Notes: generated by a model from the letters alone, not told the origin. A stretch of 62,812 bases of DNA from Desulfurococcales archaeon (GCA_015523445.1 WAKG01000085.1:1-62812); one strand, 5' to 3'. Positions 1-10,509 are shown, counted from the stretch's first letter. Numbers and translations: made by a program.

Positions 1-698
1 CCCCCAACCAGTATGATGGGTAGCCCCGTCTCCCTGCTCCTCACTGATAGAAACTCCACAACCGGATCTAGCTCCATTGTAAGTATCCTCCCGTCATGGT
101 AGTTCGCCATCCTGAAGTAGTCTGACTCGTATGGGAGCATGAACCCTATGATAATGTTTGAGCCCCGGGCCTGCATTACCCGGAATATCTCGGGATGCGT
201 CAGGTCTTCATCTATGTATACGCCCACCAGGCCCCTCCCCCTTATATTAAATACCTCAACACTGCGCCCGGGGCTAAGACCAGCCTCCACTTCCTTGCGT
301 GTCAACGTGATCTTCCTATACTTCCCCTCTATGGATCCGTCTGGGGCTATGTGGAGTATGGTTGAGTATAGCTTCGGCCCAGCCCTCTCCAGTATCGGGC
401 CAGCTATAATGTTGATTCCATAATCCTCGCTCCACTTGGATATTGTGACTATGCTCTGCCCCAGCGCGGTGCCCTTGCTACTAATCCTCTCGGCCATATT
501 CTTCATAGCCTGCCTCGTCCTGCTGGGCGGATAGTATCCTATTAGGGGGCCAGTGATGGGGTAGGCTGGAAGGATTACCAAGTCTATGTCGCTCCAGTTA
601 TCCATTATGTTGCCCAGCTCTAGGCCGATCCTCCTCAGGTTACCCCTCTTCGCCCCGATCTTAACCTTGGAGTGCATCACCGCTATCTTCAGGCTCAA
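1..698 (-). CDS. Carbon-nitrogen hydrolase (nitrilase) fold protein, catalytically degenerate; 3' end runs off the window
   Basis: Manual translation from TTG at 698 (SD GGTGGAGAGG): MSLKIAVMHSKVKIGAKRGNL...DLVILPAYPITG...IIAGPILERAGPKLYST...GKYRKI...GVYIDEDLTHPEIFR. Open to the window edge; not in the ORF track. Confidence 0.85.
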   Translation of the reverse strand, partial: MSLKIAVMHSKVKIGAKRGNLRRIGLELGNIMDNWSDIDLVILPAYPITGPLIGYYPPSRTRQAMKNMAERISSKGTALGQSIVTISKWSEDYGINIIAGPILERAGPKLYSTILHIAPDGSIEGKYRKITLTRKEVEAGLSPGRSVEVFNIRGRGLVGVYIDEDLTHPEIFRVMQARGSNIIIGFMLPYESDYFRMANYHDGRILTMELDPVVEFLSVRSRETGLPIILVG

Positions 699-3600
699 CC
701 TCTCCACCCGTCCCTACTATCACGTAGGCTCTGCGGATGCAGGCTGAGATCGGGGAAGTATCCGCCCCCCTCATAGCCTTATGGATGGCGTCATTTATAG
801 GCTGTGCTAGCCCCCGGATCTCATTATAGATATCGTCAAGCACGTCCCTCCTGCTACGCTTACCCTCCTCGATCTCCCTCATATACTCCTCTAGCCTCCT
901 CGTCCTCTCCTCCGATACCAGCCTGGGTATACCCTCGAGGTATCTCCGATCTATCCAGTCGGAGAGCCCGTCCTCCACCATAGCTATGTGGCCTGTGAGG
1001 TAGTGGTAGACGTGTTCGCCCCTGATAGTCGAGACCACGTAGTCCTCCCTAGCCCTGGGAGGCCTCACTATATACCTCCTCTTCAGCAGGGTATCCACTA
1101 TCTTAGCATAGGTACTAGGCCTCCCTATCCCCCTCTCCTTCATAACCTGTATAACCTCTCCCTGAGTGTAGGGCTGCACCCTAGATATCCTCAGCCTCTC
1201 CACCAGAACCTCTACATCCCTAGCATCTCCAGCCACCATCTGCTCTCTCAGGTAGGGCCAGACTAGTGCGAAGCCCCTGGAGGCCGGGTCCCCCTCCCTA
1301 CCTATACCGGAAATAACGTCCACATCAATAGCTACCTCGGCCTCAATTATGGCTACCCTGTACCTTGCCCTAGTAACCAGGGCCTCCCTCATCTGGCTGG
1401 CCATGAACCTCCTGAAGACTAGGTCGTAGAGCCTGAGATGCCTTAGCGTCAGCTCCCCGGCGAGCTCGATGGCCCCCTCCTCCACTAAGAGCCTAAGGGT
1501 ATCAGCATCTACCGGCCTCACCGGCCTTATAGCCTCGTGGGCTCCACCCTCCCCCCATGTCCTAGGCTTGAATAGGGCTAGAGCAAGGTCCTTGTACTTG
1601 TCCTCTAGCCACTGCCTGGCTACTTGTATCCCCCTATCGCTCACTCTGGTCGAGTCTGTCCTGTGGTACGTGATCAGTCCCCACTCGAAGAGGTCCTGGG
1701 CCAGCCTCATAGTCTCCGGGGCTCCTAGCCTGAGGTACCTGCTGGCATCAGCTATCAGGGCATCCGTAGAGTATGGTGGGGGCGGCTTGACCTCTTCATC
1801 CCGCTCATCCACCTTTTCTAGATTTACATGTAGTCTTACCTGCTTCTTCCCTCTGAATATACTAGCTAGCTCCCTTGCCTGCTTGGGGTCGATCTGGTCC
1901 TCCCTGAAGTATATCCGGAGGCCGTTGACCTCAAGCCTGTACGCGTTTATCCTCTCCTTCGCCTGCTTCGTCCTCTCAACTATCCAGCCTAGTGTTGGCG
2001 TCTGCACCCTGCCGGCGCTTAGGTTGTAATAGTACCTTCTGGCCCTGCACCTCTCGAGTTCATACTTGATGAATCTTCCCCCGGATTCGTCTCGGGATAT
2101 GGATAGTGTGGGGCAGTAGTAGCTGGGCCAGAAGTGGCACCATAGCAGGGGTGAGAGGGAGAACCCGATCCAGCGGTCCTCTACTCTCCTCACGATCTGT
2201 GCGTCAACTAGCCTTTGGTCGAAGTCTCTCAGGTTGGATAGCGCTGCCAGTATTGCCTTCCTAGTAACCTCATGGAACTCCAGCCTGGCTAAGGACCTGC
2301 TGTATGGTTTGAGGAGCACCGCTGTATCCCAACCTATCTTCTCTCCCTCGGTATCGGGATCGGTGCCAACTAGTACCATGTCTACCTCCCATGCTAGCCT
2401 CCTCAGGTCCTCAACCACGCTCCTCGTATCCCTGATCCTCCTGCTACCACATACAGGGCATGTGTCACGGTCTGCAGTGAACTGGTGGCCGCAGTCCATG
2501 CACCTCTTGATGCTGGTGTAGACCGGCAGGTACTCTCTGCCGTCCTCATTATTGAGGAGCATGACGCCGAAAATCCCGGCCTCAACCCTGCTAGTGGCTT
2601 GGGGCGGTATATCTTCCTCCCCGTGGCTTGGGGCTAGGTCGTAGATGTGGCCCCCGCTGGCGGTTATCGTCAGTATGTAGCCCCCGGTGGCCACCTCGTA
2701 GGCTCTAACACCGCTGGGAAGGAGCCTTATGCTTGGCTGCCCAAAGAAGCCTGCTATTGTCCTTGCCTTGTTGGGAGATTCCACTACTAGTAGGGCGGTC
2801 TTCACCAGGTCGCCTAGCCCGGGGCCTCCCTCCCTGAGTATCTTCCTGACCCTCTTGCGGTCCTCCTCTATCTCCTCTATTACCATGTCTAGGTCTAGGT
2901 CTTCCAGCTTCCTCCACTCGGTCTCCACCATAAGCCTGGTCCTCCTTACCAGGCCGTTAAACACCCTCTCATCATCCACGACAACAATGCTTAGGCCGAG
3001 CGTTATGCCCCCAGCGTAGAGCCTGCTCGTCCTACCACTGGCCTGTATATAGGTGGCGGGATCGGCGATCAGCATATACCTCCTACCATCCTCCACCACA
3101 ACTCCTATATCCCTCCTGGCCGCGAGGTGTTCCCAAACCTCGTCATCGCTTAGTGCCTGGCGTAGGAAGTTGTATGCCTCAGCAACTATCCTGGTTGGGC
3201 TGCCTGGCCCCTCAACGTCGCCCTCCATAACCTTCTCCGCTATGTAGTGAAGGGCTGCTGGGGACAGCCTCCGTGTGAGCTTCCTCACAGCTGAGAGGTG
3301 CCTCCTGGCCTCCTCAGCCAAGTCTAGCCTCGTCTCCGCTAGAACTGACAATAGCCTTATGAGCCTCGTCGGGTGGGGCTCCCCTACGTCTGCCGGGAAC
3401 TTGTGCCTGGGCGGCCCCGCAAACACGGCGTACTTGATCCTCTCAGGGTAATCAAGCCCCCTGACCAGGGTGCCATAGTAGTTGGCCACTCCGACAAGGG
3501 CGTCTAGGTCCCCGCTTAGGAAGGACTCAAGGACCTTAACAGGCTTCTTGGAGTGATACGCCTCCGCCCTAACTCCGGCCTCCCTTAGGAGGCCTGCAAG

Positions 3601-4734
3601 CCTCTCAGCCCCCTCAACGCCCCAGTCTATGGGGACGAAGACCAGCACACCGCTACCCAGCTTCTTGACTATGCCAACAACCTCCTCCTCTACACTGCCA
3701 CGGGGTATGGTATAGGAGTCTATAACCCTTCTCAGCCCTACATCACTCCTACCGCCAGCCTCGAAGCCGAGGAGAACCCTAAAAAGGCGGACCCTCTGCC
3801 CTCGGGGCCTTCCGGTGGCGCTACTAACAATCAGGCTAGCCGCTCTAGACCTAGACTCGTCTAGCCTTGCCCTGAGCTTAGAGAGCTCCTCCTCAACCCT
3901 CCTCAGCCTTGCCCTGAGCCCCTCATACTCCCTTCCAGCCTGCCTCGCTGCCTGGATCCTCCTGGCTATCGTTGCTGCTTCCCTCTGGAGGCGTAGCATC
4001 CTCATGCCTGCCTCAAGGTCCTCCTGCGTGAAGCCTGTTATCGATAGTATGGTGTCAACGCTCCTGCTACTCCTCAACACTGCATCAACGTCATCCACGA
4101 AGACGAGCCTGTAGCGGTGTCTCGACACTGCCTCCAGGTTTTTCCTGGCGAAGGCTGCGGTGGTTACGAGTACATGGAAGCTGCCGGAGTGTAGGGATTC
4201 CAGAGCCTCCTCTCTGGCCTTGCGGGACATCTTGCTGTGGAACCCGAGGATCCTTGGGGTGCAGGGGGCTGCTTGGGATAGCTTATCCAGCTTGGCTAGT
4301 ACTTGGAGGACTAGGGTTGTGGTTGGTAGTATTATGTAGCTCTTCTCGCCCCTACAGGCTAGGTATATTGCAGAGACTATCCCGAAAGTGGTTTTACCGG
4401 TGCCTGTTGGAGATATGATTGAGAAGCTGTCCCTCCTAGCCAGCCTCCTGATCCACGTCCTCTGGGCGCCCCATGGCGTGGAGCCTAGGAGCCTAGAGAA
4501 AAAATTGATCAGCTCTCGAGCCTCATGTTCCAGCTGGTATATATCCTTGTAGCCCTTTAGCCTGCCAAGCTTTCTGAGTGCCCTGTACACCTCATCCATG
4601 CCGCCACTAGGCTCCATACCTGGTGGTATACACCTCTCGCAGACCCCTAGGCTAGTTAGCCTAGCCTCGCTGGTGGCCCCCCCGCAGTTAGGGCATGAGT
4701 GCCTGTATACCCCTCTCCCTAGCGCTGCAGACAT
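661..4734 (-). CDS. rgy: Reverse gyrase
   Basis: N-terminal Zn finger CPNC/CERC, SF2 helicase motifs (PTGTGKT, DDVD, QASGRTSR), TOPRIM (VESPNKA, DPDTEGE), second Zn finger, topoisomerase IA catalytic GLITYHRTDS. Confidence 0.98.
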   Translation of the reverse strand: MSAALGRGVYRHSCPNCGGATSEARLTSLGVCERCIPPGMEPSGGMDEVYRALRKLGRLKGYKDIYQLEHEARELINFFSRLLGSTPWGAQRTWIRRLARRDSFSIISPTGTGKTTFGIVSAIYLACRGEKSYIILPTTTLVLQVLAKLDKLSQAAPCTPRILGFHSKMSRKAREEALESLHSGSFHVLVTTAAFARKNLEAVSRHRYRLVFVDDVDAVLRSSRSVDTILSITGFTQEDLEAGMRMLRLQREAATIARRIQAARQAGREYEGLRARLRRVEEELSKLRARLDESRSRAASLIVSSATGRPRGQRVRLFRVLLGFEAGGRSDVGLRRVIDSYTIPRGSVEEEVVGIVKKLGSGVLVFVPIDWGVEGAERLAGLLREAGVRAEAYHSKKPVKVLESFLSGDLDALVGVANYYGTLVRGLDYPERIKYAVFAGPPRHKFPADVGEPHPTRLIRLLSVLAETRLDLAEEARRHLSAVRKLTRRLSPAALHYIAEKVMEGDVEGPGSPTRIVAEAYNFLRQALSDDEVWEHLAARRDIGVVVEDGRRYMLIADPATYIQASGRTSRLYAGGITLGLSIVVVDDERVFNGLVRRTRLMVETEWRKLEDLDLDMVIEEIEEDRKRVRKILREGGPGLGDLVKTALLVVESPNKARTIAGFFGQPSIRLLPSGVRAYEVATGGYILTITASGGHIYDLAPSHGEEDIPPQATSRVEAGIFGVMLLNNEDGREYLPVYTSIKRCMDCGHQFTADRDTCPVCGSRRIRDTRSVVEDLRRLAWEVDMVLVGTDPDTEGEKIGWDTAVLLKPYSRSLARLEFHEVTRKAILAALSNLRDFDQRLVDAQIVRRVEDRWIGFSLSPLLWCHFWPSYYCPTLSISRDESGGRFIKYELERCRARRYYYNLSAGRVQTPTLGWIVERTKQAKERINAYRLEVNGLRIYFREDQIDPKQARELASIFRGKKQVRLHVNLEKVDERDEEVKPPPPYSTDALIADASRYLRLGAPETMRLAQDLFEWGLITYHRTDSTRVSDRGIQVARQWLEDKYKDLALALFKPRTWGEGGAHEAIRPVRPVDADTLRLLVEEGAIELAGELTLRHLRLYDLVFRRFMASQMREALVTRARYRVAIIEAEVAIDVDVISGIGREGDPASRGFALVWPYLREQMVAGDARDVEVLVERLRISRVQPYTQGEVIQVMKERGIGRPSTYAKIVDTLLKRRYIVRPPRAREDYVVSTIRGEHVYHYLTGHIAMVEDGLSDWIDRRYLEGIPRLVSEERTRRLEEYMREIEEGKRSRRDVLDDIYNEIRGLAQPINDAIHKAMRGADTSPISACIRRAYVIVGTGGEVEPEDSGDALQG

Positions 4735-4919
4735 ATTCGTCTCCTCACAACGCGGCCCGGCAGGCGAGGCACGTGTCGGCGCCTATTTATTATTATCTTA
4801 TACATGTATCGGGTTATATTTCCTCGGCAACCCGGCTAGCTACGTCTATAGTCTAATAGGTATATGGCAAAGCAATATATATGCTCGTCACTAGTGTAAA
4901 TATGGAGGGGGTGAGCGGG

Positions 4920-5030
4920 ATGGAAAATGTAATACAGCTCGTGGGAGGCAGGCTCTCCTTCAAGGAGACCCTACAGGACAGGGTCGAGTACGAGTGGTAT
5001 CTGGCCCAGCAGGTTGGCCTGGGCAGCTAG
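4920..5030 (+). CDS. Small hypothetical protein (36 aa)
   Basis: MENVIQLVGGRLSFKETLQDRVEYEWYLAQQVGLGS; strong SD GGGGTGA upstream, TATA-like AATATATA near 4874, genome-typical codons. Confidence 0.6.
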   Translation: MENVIQLVGGRLSFKETLQDRVEYEWYLAQQVGLGS

Positions 5031-5095
5031 CCTGACTAGTATCGGCAACCTATATATAAACCCGGCATGTACGGCTGCCTTCTAGGAATCAGAGG

Positions 5096-6241
5096 GTGGA
5101 TAGGAGAGGCACTCTAGCAGAGATACTCATGCTAGGCCTACCAGCCTATACATACTTCTACACAGTAGGCAGTGTAGGCTTCTGGCTTCCCCTATACGCC
5201 AAGGAACTTGGATGGAGCTACACGATCATAACACTACTGGCAACTGTATACTTCCTAGCAATAACTCCAAGCAACATACTGTCAGGGATACTTGCAGATG
5301 CCACTGGCAAGCCCTCCACTATACTAGCCATGGGCATGACCCTAAACGCAGCTGCAACTGCAGCAATGCCATACACCAGGGAGCCCGGGCTACTGATGGC
5401 TTTAAGGGTCATCCAGGGCCTCGGCCTCGCCACCAGCCTGCCAATGGCTCTGGGAAGCCTCTCGCTAGCCCACGGCATAACAAGGGGAGTCGGCGTCACC
5501 GTGGTTATGCAGGGACTCGGGATGGCCACGGGCTCCCTAGCAGGCGGGATATTGGTTGAGAGGCTGGGCTACGAGGGCCTATTCCACAGCGCCGCACTAC
5601 TAAGCCTACTATCAGCAATGCTAGCGTTAAGGTGGAGGATCGAGAAGCCACCGCAAGGAGCTGGAGTGCTCAGAGGACTTAGGAGGCTCCCACTCCCAGT
5701 CATAGTCGTGGCATCTGCACTGGCGGCTAGGAACATCTTCGCCTCAGGCGTATTCTCGATACTGACAATATTCTTCAATATGAGGATAGGGCTCAGCCTC
5801 GCAACTACCGGGGTGGCGCTGGCGCTAAACCCGATTATGCAGATGATAGCGGGGCTAACAGCACCCAGGCTTGTGACAGGAAGGGAGGTCCTAGCATACT
5901 CCACTGGCCTAGCCTCTACTAGCGTTGTATTCGCTATATACCTATACTCCACGGGACCCATGGAGGTATACGCCGCTCAGGCTCTCCTAGGCCTCCTATT
6001 CGGCGTGGCCTCTGTGGCGGGAAACATATATATTATAAGTAGGAGCCCCAGCGAGCTGAGATACACAGCGTCAAGCCTATTCTCGTTTGCATTCAACCTA
6101 GGCTGGATTCTGGGCACAACAGTGGCAGGGCCAGTTATGGATGCTTACGGGCCTGAGGCGTGGATAAAGGCGTCCATACCCGGGACCCTTATAGCGGGGG
6201 CCTCGGCCCTAGCCGCCCTCAAGCTAGAGGATAGAGGCTAG
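5096..6241 (+). CDS. MFS transporter
   Basis: About 12 hydrophobic segments; motif A-like GILADATG and LRVIQGLG. Confidence 0.9.
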   Translation: MDRRGTLAEILMLGLPAYTYFYTVGSVGFWLPLYAKELGWSYTIITLLATVYFLAITPSNILSGILADATGKPSTILAMGMTLNAAATAAMPYTREPGLLMALRVIQGLGLATSLPMALGSLSLAHGITRGVGVTVVMQGLGMATGSLAGGILVERLGYEGLFHSAALLSLLSAMLALRWRIEKPPQGAGVLRGLRRLPLPVIVVASALAARNIFASGVFSILTIFFNMRIGLSLATTGVALALNPIMQMIAGLTAPRLVTGREVLAYSTGLASTSVVFAIYLYSTGPMEVYAAQALLGLLFGVASVAGNIYIISRSPSELRYTASSLFSFAFNLGWILGTTVAGPVMDAYGPEAWIKASIPGTLIAGASALAALKLEDRG

Positions 6242-7107
6242 TGCCTGTTGTTGGATGCACGATAGTATGGTACTTGAGGTCTTGGTATGAACTCTACGCC
6301 AGGCCTCTGCTGGAGGGCTTGTGGGTATAGCTCCATGAGCTGGTAGACCTCTGGGGGCACCTCGGTGCTGACCGGGAGGCCCAGCTTCTTGGCCTCCTCA
6401 ACGGTTATAGGATAGTCATGCGTATAGTAGCCGCTGGTCAGCTTATCAGCAACAATCCTAGCCTTATCCTCCCCCATCTTATCCCTTAGTAGCTCGACTA
6501 TAAGCTCCTGCATCTCTCTTAGCGCCTTCTCGGCGACATCTGCATAGATTAGGGTTTCATCACTCGCCTTATCACCCTTCTCCCTAGCCACTTTGACTAG
6601 GCTGGGTGCTGGGAATGATCCTTTCGGTGTCTGAAGCTGAGGGTCTAGGGGGCCTAGGACCGCTGCAGGGTCCATGCGTATCTCATCCGCTGCCAATGCT
6701 ATCAGCGTGCCCCCGCTCATGGCGTAGTGTGGCACGATCACGATCTTCCTGCCCTCGTGCTTCTTAAGCGCACGTGCTATCTGAGATGCTGCCAGGACGA
6801 GGCCTCCGGGTGTGTGTAGAATGAGCGCTATAGTCTGCCCCTTTGGGGTGGTCCTTATCGCCCTTATCACAGCCTCCGAGTCTTCTATGTCGATGAACCT
6901 ATAGACTGGGACGCCGAGGAATCCTATCCTCTCCTGCCTGTGAATCATGGTGACTACACGCCACTTGTACCTATCCTCGATCATCTTGATCAACTTGAGC
7001 CTTGCAGACTGTAGACCTCTCATCTGTAGCTGGGGGTACATGATCATGTATAGGAATAGGAGCCAGAATAGCAGGCTTACAATGTCAAAACCCGGTACAT
7101 TCTCCAT
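6238..7107 (-). CDS. Membrane-anchored ClpP-class serine protease (SDH/DUF114 family)
   Basis: N-terminal TM helix, LHTPGG, AMSGGT (catalytic Ser), GPLDPQ, THDYPI; start moved to ATG 7107 behind SD GAGGTGG. Confidence 0.9.
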   Translation of the reverse strand: MENVPGFDIVSLLFWLLFLYMIMYPQLQMRGLQSARLKLIKMIEDRYKWRVVTMIHRQERIGFLGVPVYRFIDIEDSEAVIRAIRTTPKGQTIALILHTPGGLVLAASQIARALKKHEGRKIVIVPHYAMSGGTLIALAADEIRMDPAAVLGPLDPQLQTPKGSFPAPSLVKVAREKGDKASDETLIYADVAEKALREMQELIVELLRDKMGEDKARIVADKLTSGYYTHDYPITVEEAKKLGLPVSTEVPPEVYQLMELYPQALQQRPGVEFIPRPQVPYYRASNNRH

Positions 7108-7240
7108 TAGATCCACCTCTATATCCTCATGCATCGATTAAGCATTTTATACTTATTGTTGAGCTCAAGCATCTAGGCTAACAGGTAAATATTGAATATT
7201 CAAACTAATTTGTTATGGTTTATGAGTATAGGGGGCCGGT

Positions 7241-7906
7241 CTAGGGTTTTTCTTTGACCCTTATATCGTCGGGCTCGATTAGCCTAGCCCTGCCGCTAGC
7301 CTCATGCCTCTTCTTGAGCCTCCTCTCCTTAGCCTTCTTCTTCCACTTATACTTATGGGTGCCCTTCAGCCCCCTACTCTTCCTGAGGCCCCTCATCTTC
7401 TTCCCAGCGCTTGTGAGGCCCCTGAACGGCCTCCCCTTGTGCTTGCCCGAGGCCACCCAGCCCAGCTCCGGATCGCTCCTTATGGCAGGATGATGGGGAT
7501 CCACTAGTATGACCTCGTACCACTTATACTTGCCATCCTCACCCACATAGTAGCTGTTCAGGACGACCAGGTTAGGGTACTTCCTCTGCGCCCTCTCCTC
7601 GGCTATCAGCCTTATACTTTTGGCAGGGGCGAAGCCGTATACACCCATCCTCTTCGGCCTCCTGCCCTTGTTGGGCCTAGGCTTCCTCCTTCCACCCTTC
7701 CTAACCCTAACCCGGGCCACTATGACGCCCTGCTTAGCCTTGTACCCCAGCGCTCTGGCCCTATCAAGCCGGGTTGGCTTCTCCACCCTGACTATCGCTG
7801 GCTGCCTCCTCCACGCCATCAGCCTCTGCTTCATGACTAGGCCATGCTCCCCATCGTAGGGCCTCCTCCAGGCCTGCGCTATATAGTGGTACATCGACTG
7901 AGCCAT
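7241..7906 (-). CDS. rpl15e: 50S ribosomal protein L15e
   Basis: [48 protein letters not shown]. Confidence 0.98.
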   Translation of the reverse strand: MAQSMYHYIAQAWRRPYDGEHGLVMKQRLMAWRRQPAIVRVEKPTRLDRARALGYKAKQGVIVARVRVRKGGRRKPRPNKGRRPKRMGVYGFAPAKSIRLIAEERAQRKYPNLVVLNSYYVGEDGKYKWYEVILVDPHHPAIRSDPELGWVASGKHKGRPFRGLTSAGKKMRGLRKSRGLKGTHKYKWKKKAKERRLKKRHEASGRARLIEPDDIRVKEKP

Positions 7907-8009
7907 GCCGTGGCACCCTCTAGCCTAATCCGAGTCCAGCGGGTACCCTGGCCTTATAGAGGCTAATAAACGTGACCTGGCAGGCATGGTAAAAAGCGGG
8001 GCTAGAGGG

Positions 8010-9233
8010 ATGGTTGAGGCATCCAACATACTTATCGGAGTCGTCGGCAAGACCAACGTAGGAAAGTCAACGTTCTTCTCAGCCGCCACGGAGGTGCCGG
8101 TGGAGATCGATAACAGGCCCTTCGTCACGATAGAGCCCAACGTAGGCGTGGCTTATGCAAGGAGCAGGTGCCCCCACATAGAGCTCGGCCTCCCCAGGTG
8201 TGATGCCAGGAATAGCGTGTGCATTGAGGGGTGGAGGATGATACCCGTCAGGATGATGGATGTTGCAGGCCTAGTTCCGGGTGCACATGAGGGTAGGGGG
8301 TTAGGGAACCAGTTCCTAGACCACCTCAGGAGGGCCGACGTGCTACTCCTAGTGGTGGATGCCAGCGGCTCTACGGGCCCTGAGGGAGTCCCCGCCAAGC
8401 CGGGGACCTTCGATCCAGTGGAGGAGGCAGAGTCCATGATCAGGGAGATCGATGAGTGGATGTACAGGATCATTAGCAGGGACTGGAGTAGATTCGCCAA
8501 GCAGATAGACACTGGCGGAGTTATCGATGTGCCCGGGGCTCTAGCCCAGAGGCTCTCCGGGCTAAGTATAAGGAAGAGCCACGTAATAGAGGCATTGGAG
8601 GCGACAGGCCTCATGGACAAGAAGCTTTCTACCTGGAGCAGCGAGGAGCTGAGGAGGTTCATAGTGGAGCTGAGGAGCAGGGCAAAGCCCATAGTCATAG
8701 TGGCGAATAAGGCTGACGTGCCAGCGGCTGAGGAGGGGGTTAAGAGGCTCAGGGAGAGGTTCGGCGATTCAGTGGTGCCCGCCAGCGCCTTGGCAGAGCT
8801 GCTGCTCAAGAGGCTAGCCAAGAAGGGTGTGGTGAGGTACATACCAGGAGATCCCGAATTCCAGATCCTAGACGGGTCCAAGATTGATCAGAAGACGAGG
8901 AGGCTCCTAGAGGGGGTTAGGGACTTGGTCCTCTCGAGGCTGGGCGGCACGGGGGTTCAGAGGGCTATAGATAAGGCTGTATTCGAGGTTCTAGGCCTTG
9001 TGCCAGTGTACCCGGTGGATGACCCAGGGAAGTATACAGATAAGGAGGGCAGGATACTGCCCGACGTGATCCTGCTCCCCCAGGGCTCGACTCCTAGGGA
9101 CCTAGCCTACAAGATCCACACGGATCTAGGGAAGGGATTCCTCTATGCGGTAAATGCTAGGAATGGGCAGAGGGTAGGTGAGTCCTACCAGCTGAGGCCT
9201 GGGGATGTGATAAAGATAGTCTCGGCCAGGTAG
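8010..9233 (+). CDS. ychF: Redox-regulated ATPase YchF (Obg family, TGS domain)
   Basis: GKTNVGKST, PFVTIEPN, DVAGLVPGAHEGRGLGNQFL, NKAD, C-terminal TGS domain. Confidence 0.93.
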   Translation: MVEASNILIGVVGKTNVGKSTFFSAATEVPVEIDNRPFVTIEPNVGVAYARSRCPHIELGLPRCDARNSVCIEGWRMIPVRMMDVAGLVPGAHEGRGLGNQFLDHLRRADVLLLVVDASGSTGPEGVPAKPGTFDPVEEAESMIREIDEWMYRIISRDWSRFAKQIDTGGVIDVPGALAQRLSGLSIRKSHVIEALEATGLMDKKLSTWSSEELRRFIVELRSRAKPIVIVANKADVPAAEEGVKRLRERFGDSVVPASALAELLLKRLAKKGVVRYIPGDPEFQILDGSKIDQKTRRLLEGVRDLVLSRLGGTGVQRAIDKAVFEVLGLVPVYPVDDPGKYTDKEGRILPDVILLPQGSTPRDLAYKIHTDLGKGFLYAVNARNGQRVGESYQLRPGDVIKIVSAR

Positions 9234-9237
9234 AGGG

Positions 9238-9714
9238 CTAGCCTAGGAGGCGTTTAGCCCTCTTTATAGATCCCGTAACTGCTAGGGGTATCACTAAGAC
9301 CTTCGAGCCTCCTACGCGGCGCAGTAGGCCTAGTAGGCCCAGGACTTGGTACCTGTACTCCTGGCTTACCCTAACCACTCCCCGGCCCCGCTGCTTGTCG
9401 TAGTAGACTAGGGAGACCCCTGATGAGGCTAGCCCAGTCACCCCCAGGTATTCACGTACCAGCGCTTTGATTGCCTTCTCAACCTCATCAGCGGATAGAG
9501 GCTTCTCGGATACTAGCTCCACGACTATATACCTCCTTCTAGGCCTCCTGCCCAGCTTCTTGGTGGCACGGTTTATGTCCCTGTAGGTCCTCAGGGAGGA
9601 TAGGATGGCGTGGAGCCTCTTCTTCCACCTCCTCTCCTGGATTGTGTAGACTAGTGTGATGGATGTGATGGTGGAGAGTGCTATGCTGAGGACTATGGTC
9701 TCCCAGTCGGGCAT
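9238..9714 (-). CDS. rnp2: Ribonuclease P protein component 2 (Pop5)
   Basis: RRRYIVVE...GVVRV...VTGSIKRAK Pop5 signature; superoperon context. Confidence 0.88.
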   Translation of the reverse strand: MPDWETIVLSIALSTITSITLVYTIQERRWKKRLHAILSSLRTYRDINRATKKLGRRPRRRYIVVELVSEKPLSADEVEKAIKALVREYLGVTGLASSGVSLVYYDKQRGRGVVRVSQEYRYQVLGLLGLLRRVGGSKVLVIPLAVTGSIKRAKRLLG

Positions 9715-9738
9715 TCCAGGGGCCTCTCCCCTGCCAGC

Positions 9739-10509
9739 CTAGCCCAGTAGCTTGTCCTTTATCTCATCAACGTACTCCTTGACTCTGCCTGGATCCATCA
9801 TTTTGAAGGTCCTATCCTCTACTGTTATGTAGCCTATCTCCACGAGGTTGTGGAGGTCCTTCACCAGCTCCTCGGGCTTCTCGTCGCCACCCCTGGCCCT
9901 ACTCTTAACTATTGCTGTTAGGACTAGCTTGACCATGTCGTCAAGGCTAAGGTCCTTCCTGTACTCCCTCTCGAAGAACTCGTTGACATGTGCATCACCC
10001 ATGCCTATGGCAACCGCGTAGTAGCTGAAGTACTGGCCCCCAGGGTCTGTGCGTATCAGCCTCGGGGTGCCATCAGGGTTTATGCCTCCAAAGATCAGGG
10101 CTACCCCGAAGGGCCTTACCCCGCCGTGCTGGGTGTAGACCTGCTTTAGGTCGGCTATCTGCTTGGCTAGGTAGTCAACGGTGGCGGCCTCACCGTAGAG
10201 TAGCCTGTGCCTTACCGCTACTAGCCTGGCATAGTCTATTAGCACCCTGCCGTCGCTGCCCATCCCGGCGAAGACTACTCCAACATGGTCGTCAACCTTA
10301 TAGATCTTATCTATACTGTCCAGGTCTAGGAGGGGGGAGAGCCTCCTCTTCTCAGCTGCTAACACAACTGCGTCCTTGCCGCGTACACCTATACTAGTCC
10401 AGCCCTTCTTAACCGCCTCGAATGCATACCTGACCTGGTAGAGGTCTCCCTCAGGGGAGAATATGATTGCAGCCCTGTCATACGCTGTCGGGGGCACGCC
10501 TAATGCCAT
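9739..10509 (-). CDS. psmA: Proteasome subunit alpha
   Basis: YDRAAIIFSPEGDLYQVRYA, YTQHGGVRPFGV. Confidence 0.98.
   Translation of the reverse strand: MALGVPPTAYDRAAIIFSPEGDLYQVRYAFEAVKKGWTSIGVRGKDAVVLAAEKRRLSPLLDLDSIDKIYKVDDHVGVVFAGMGSDGRVLIDYARLVAVRHRLLYGEAATVDYLAKQIADLKQVYTQHGGVRPFGVALIFGGINPDGTPRLIRTDPGGQYFSYYAVAIGMGDAHVNEFFEREYRKDLSLDDMVKLVLTAIVKSRARGGDEKPEELVKDLHNLVEIGYITVEDRTFKMMDPGRVKEYVDEIKDKLLG

Noticed and set aside
661..4734. Intein in reverse gyrase
   Set aside because: No splice-junction or LAGLIDADG motifs; the length is explained by the normal domains plus insertions.
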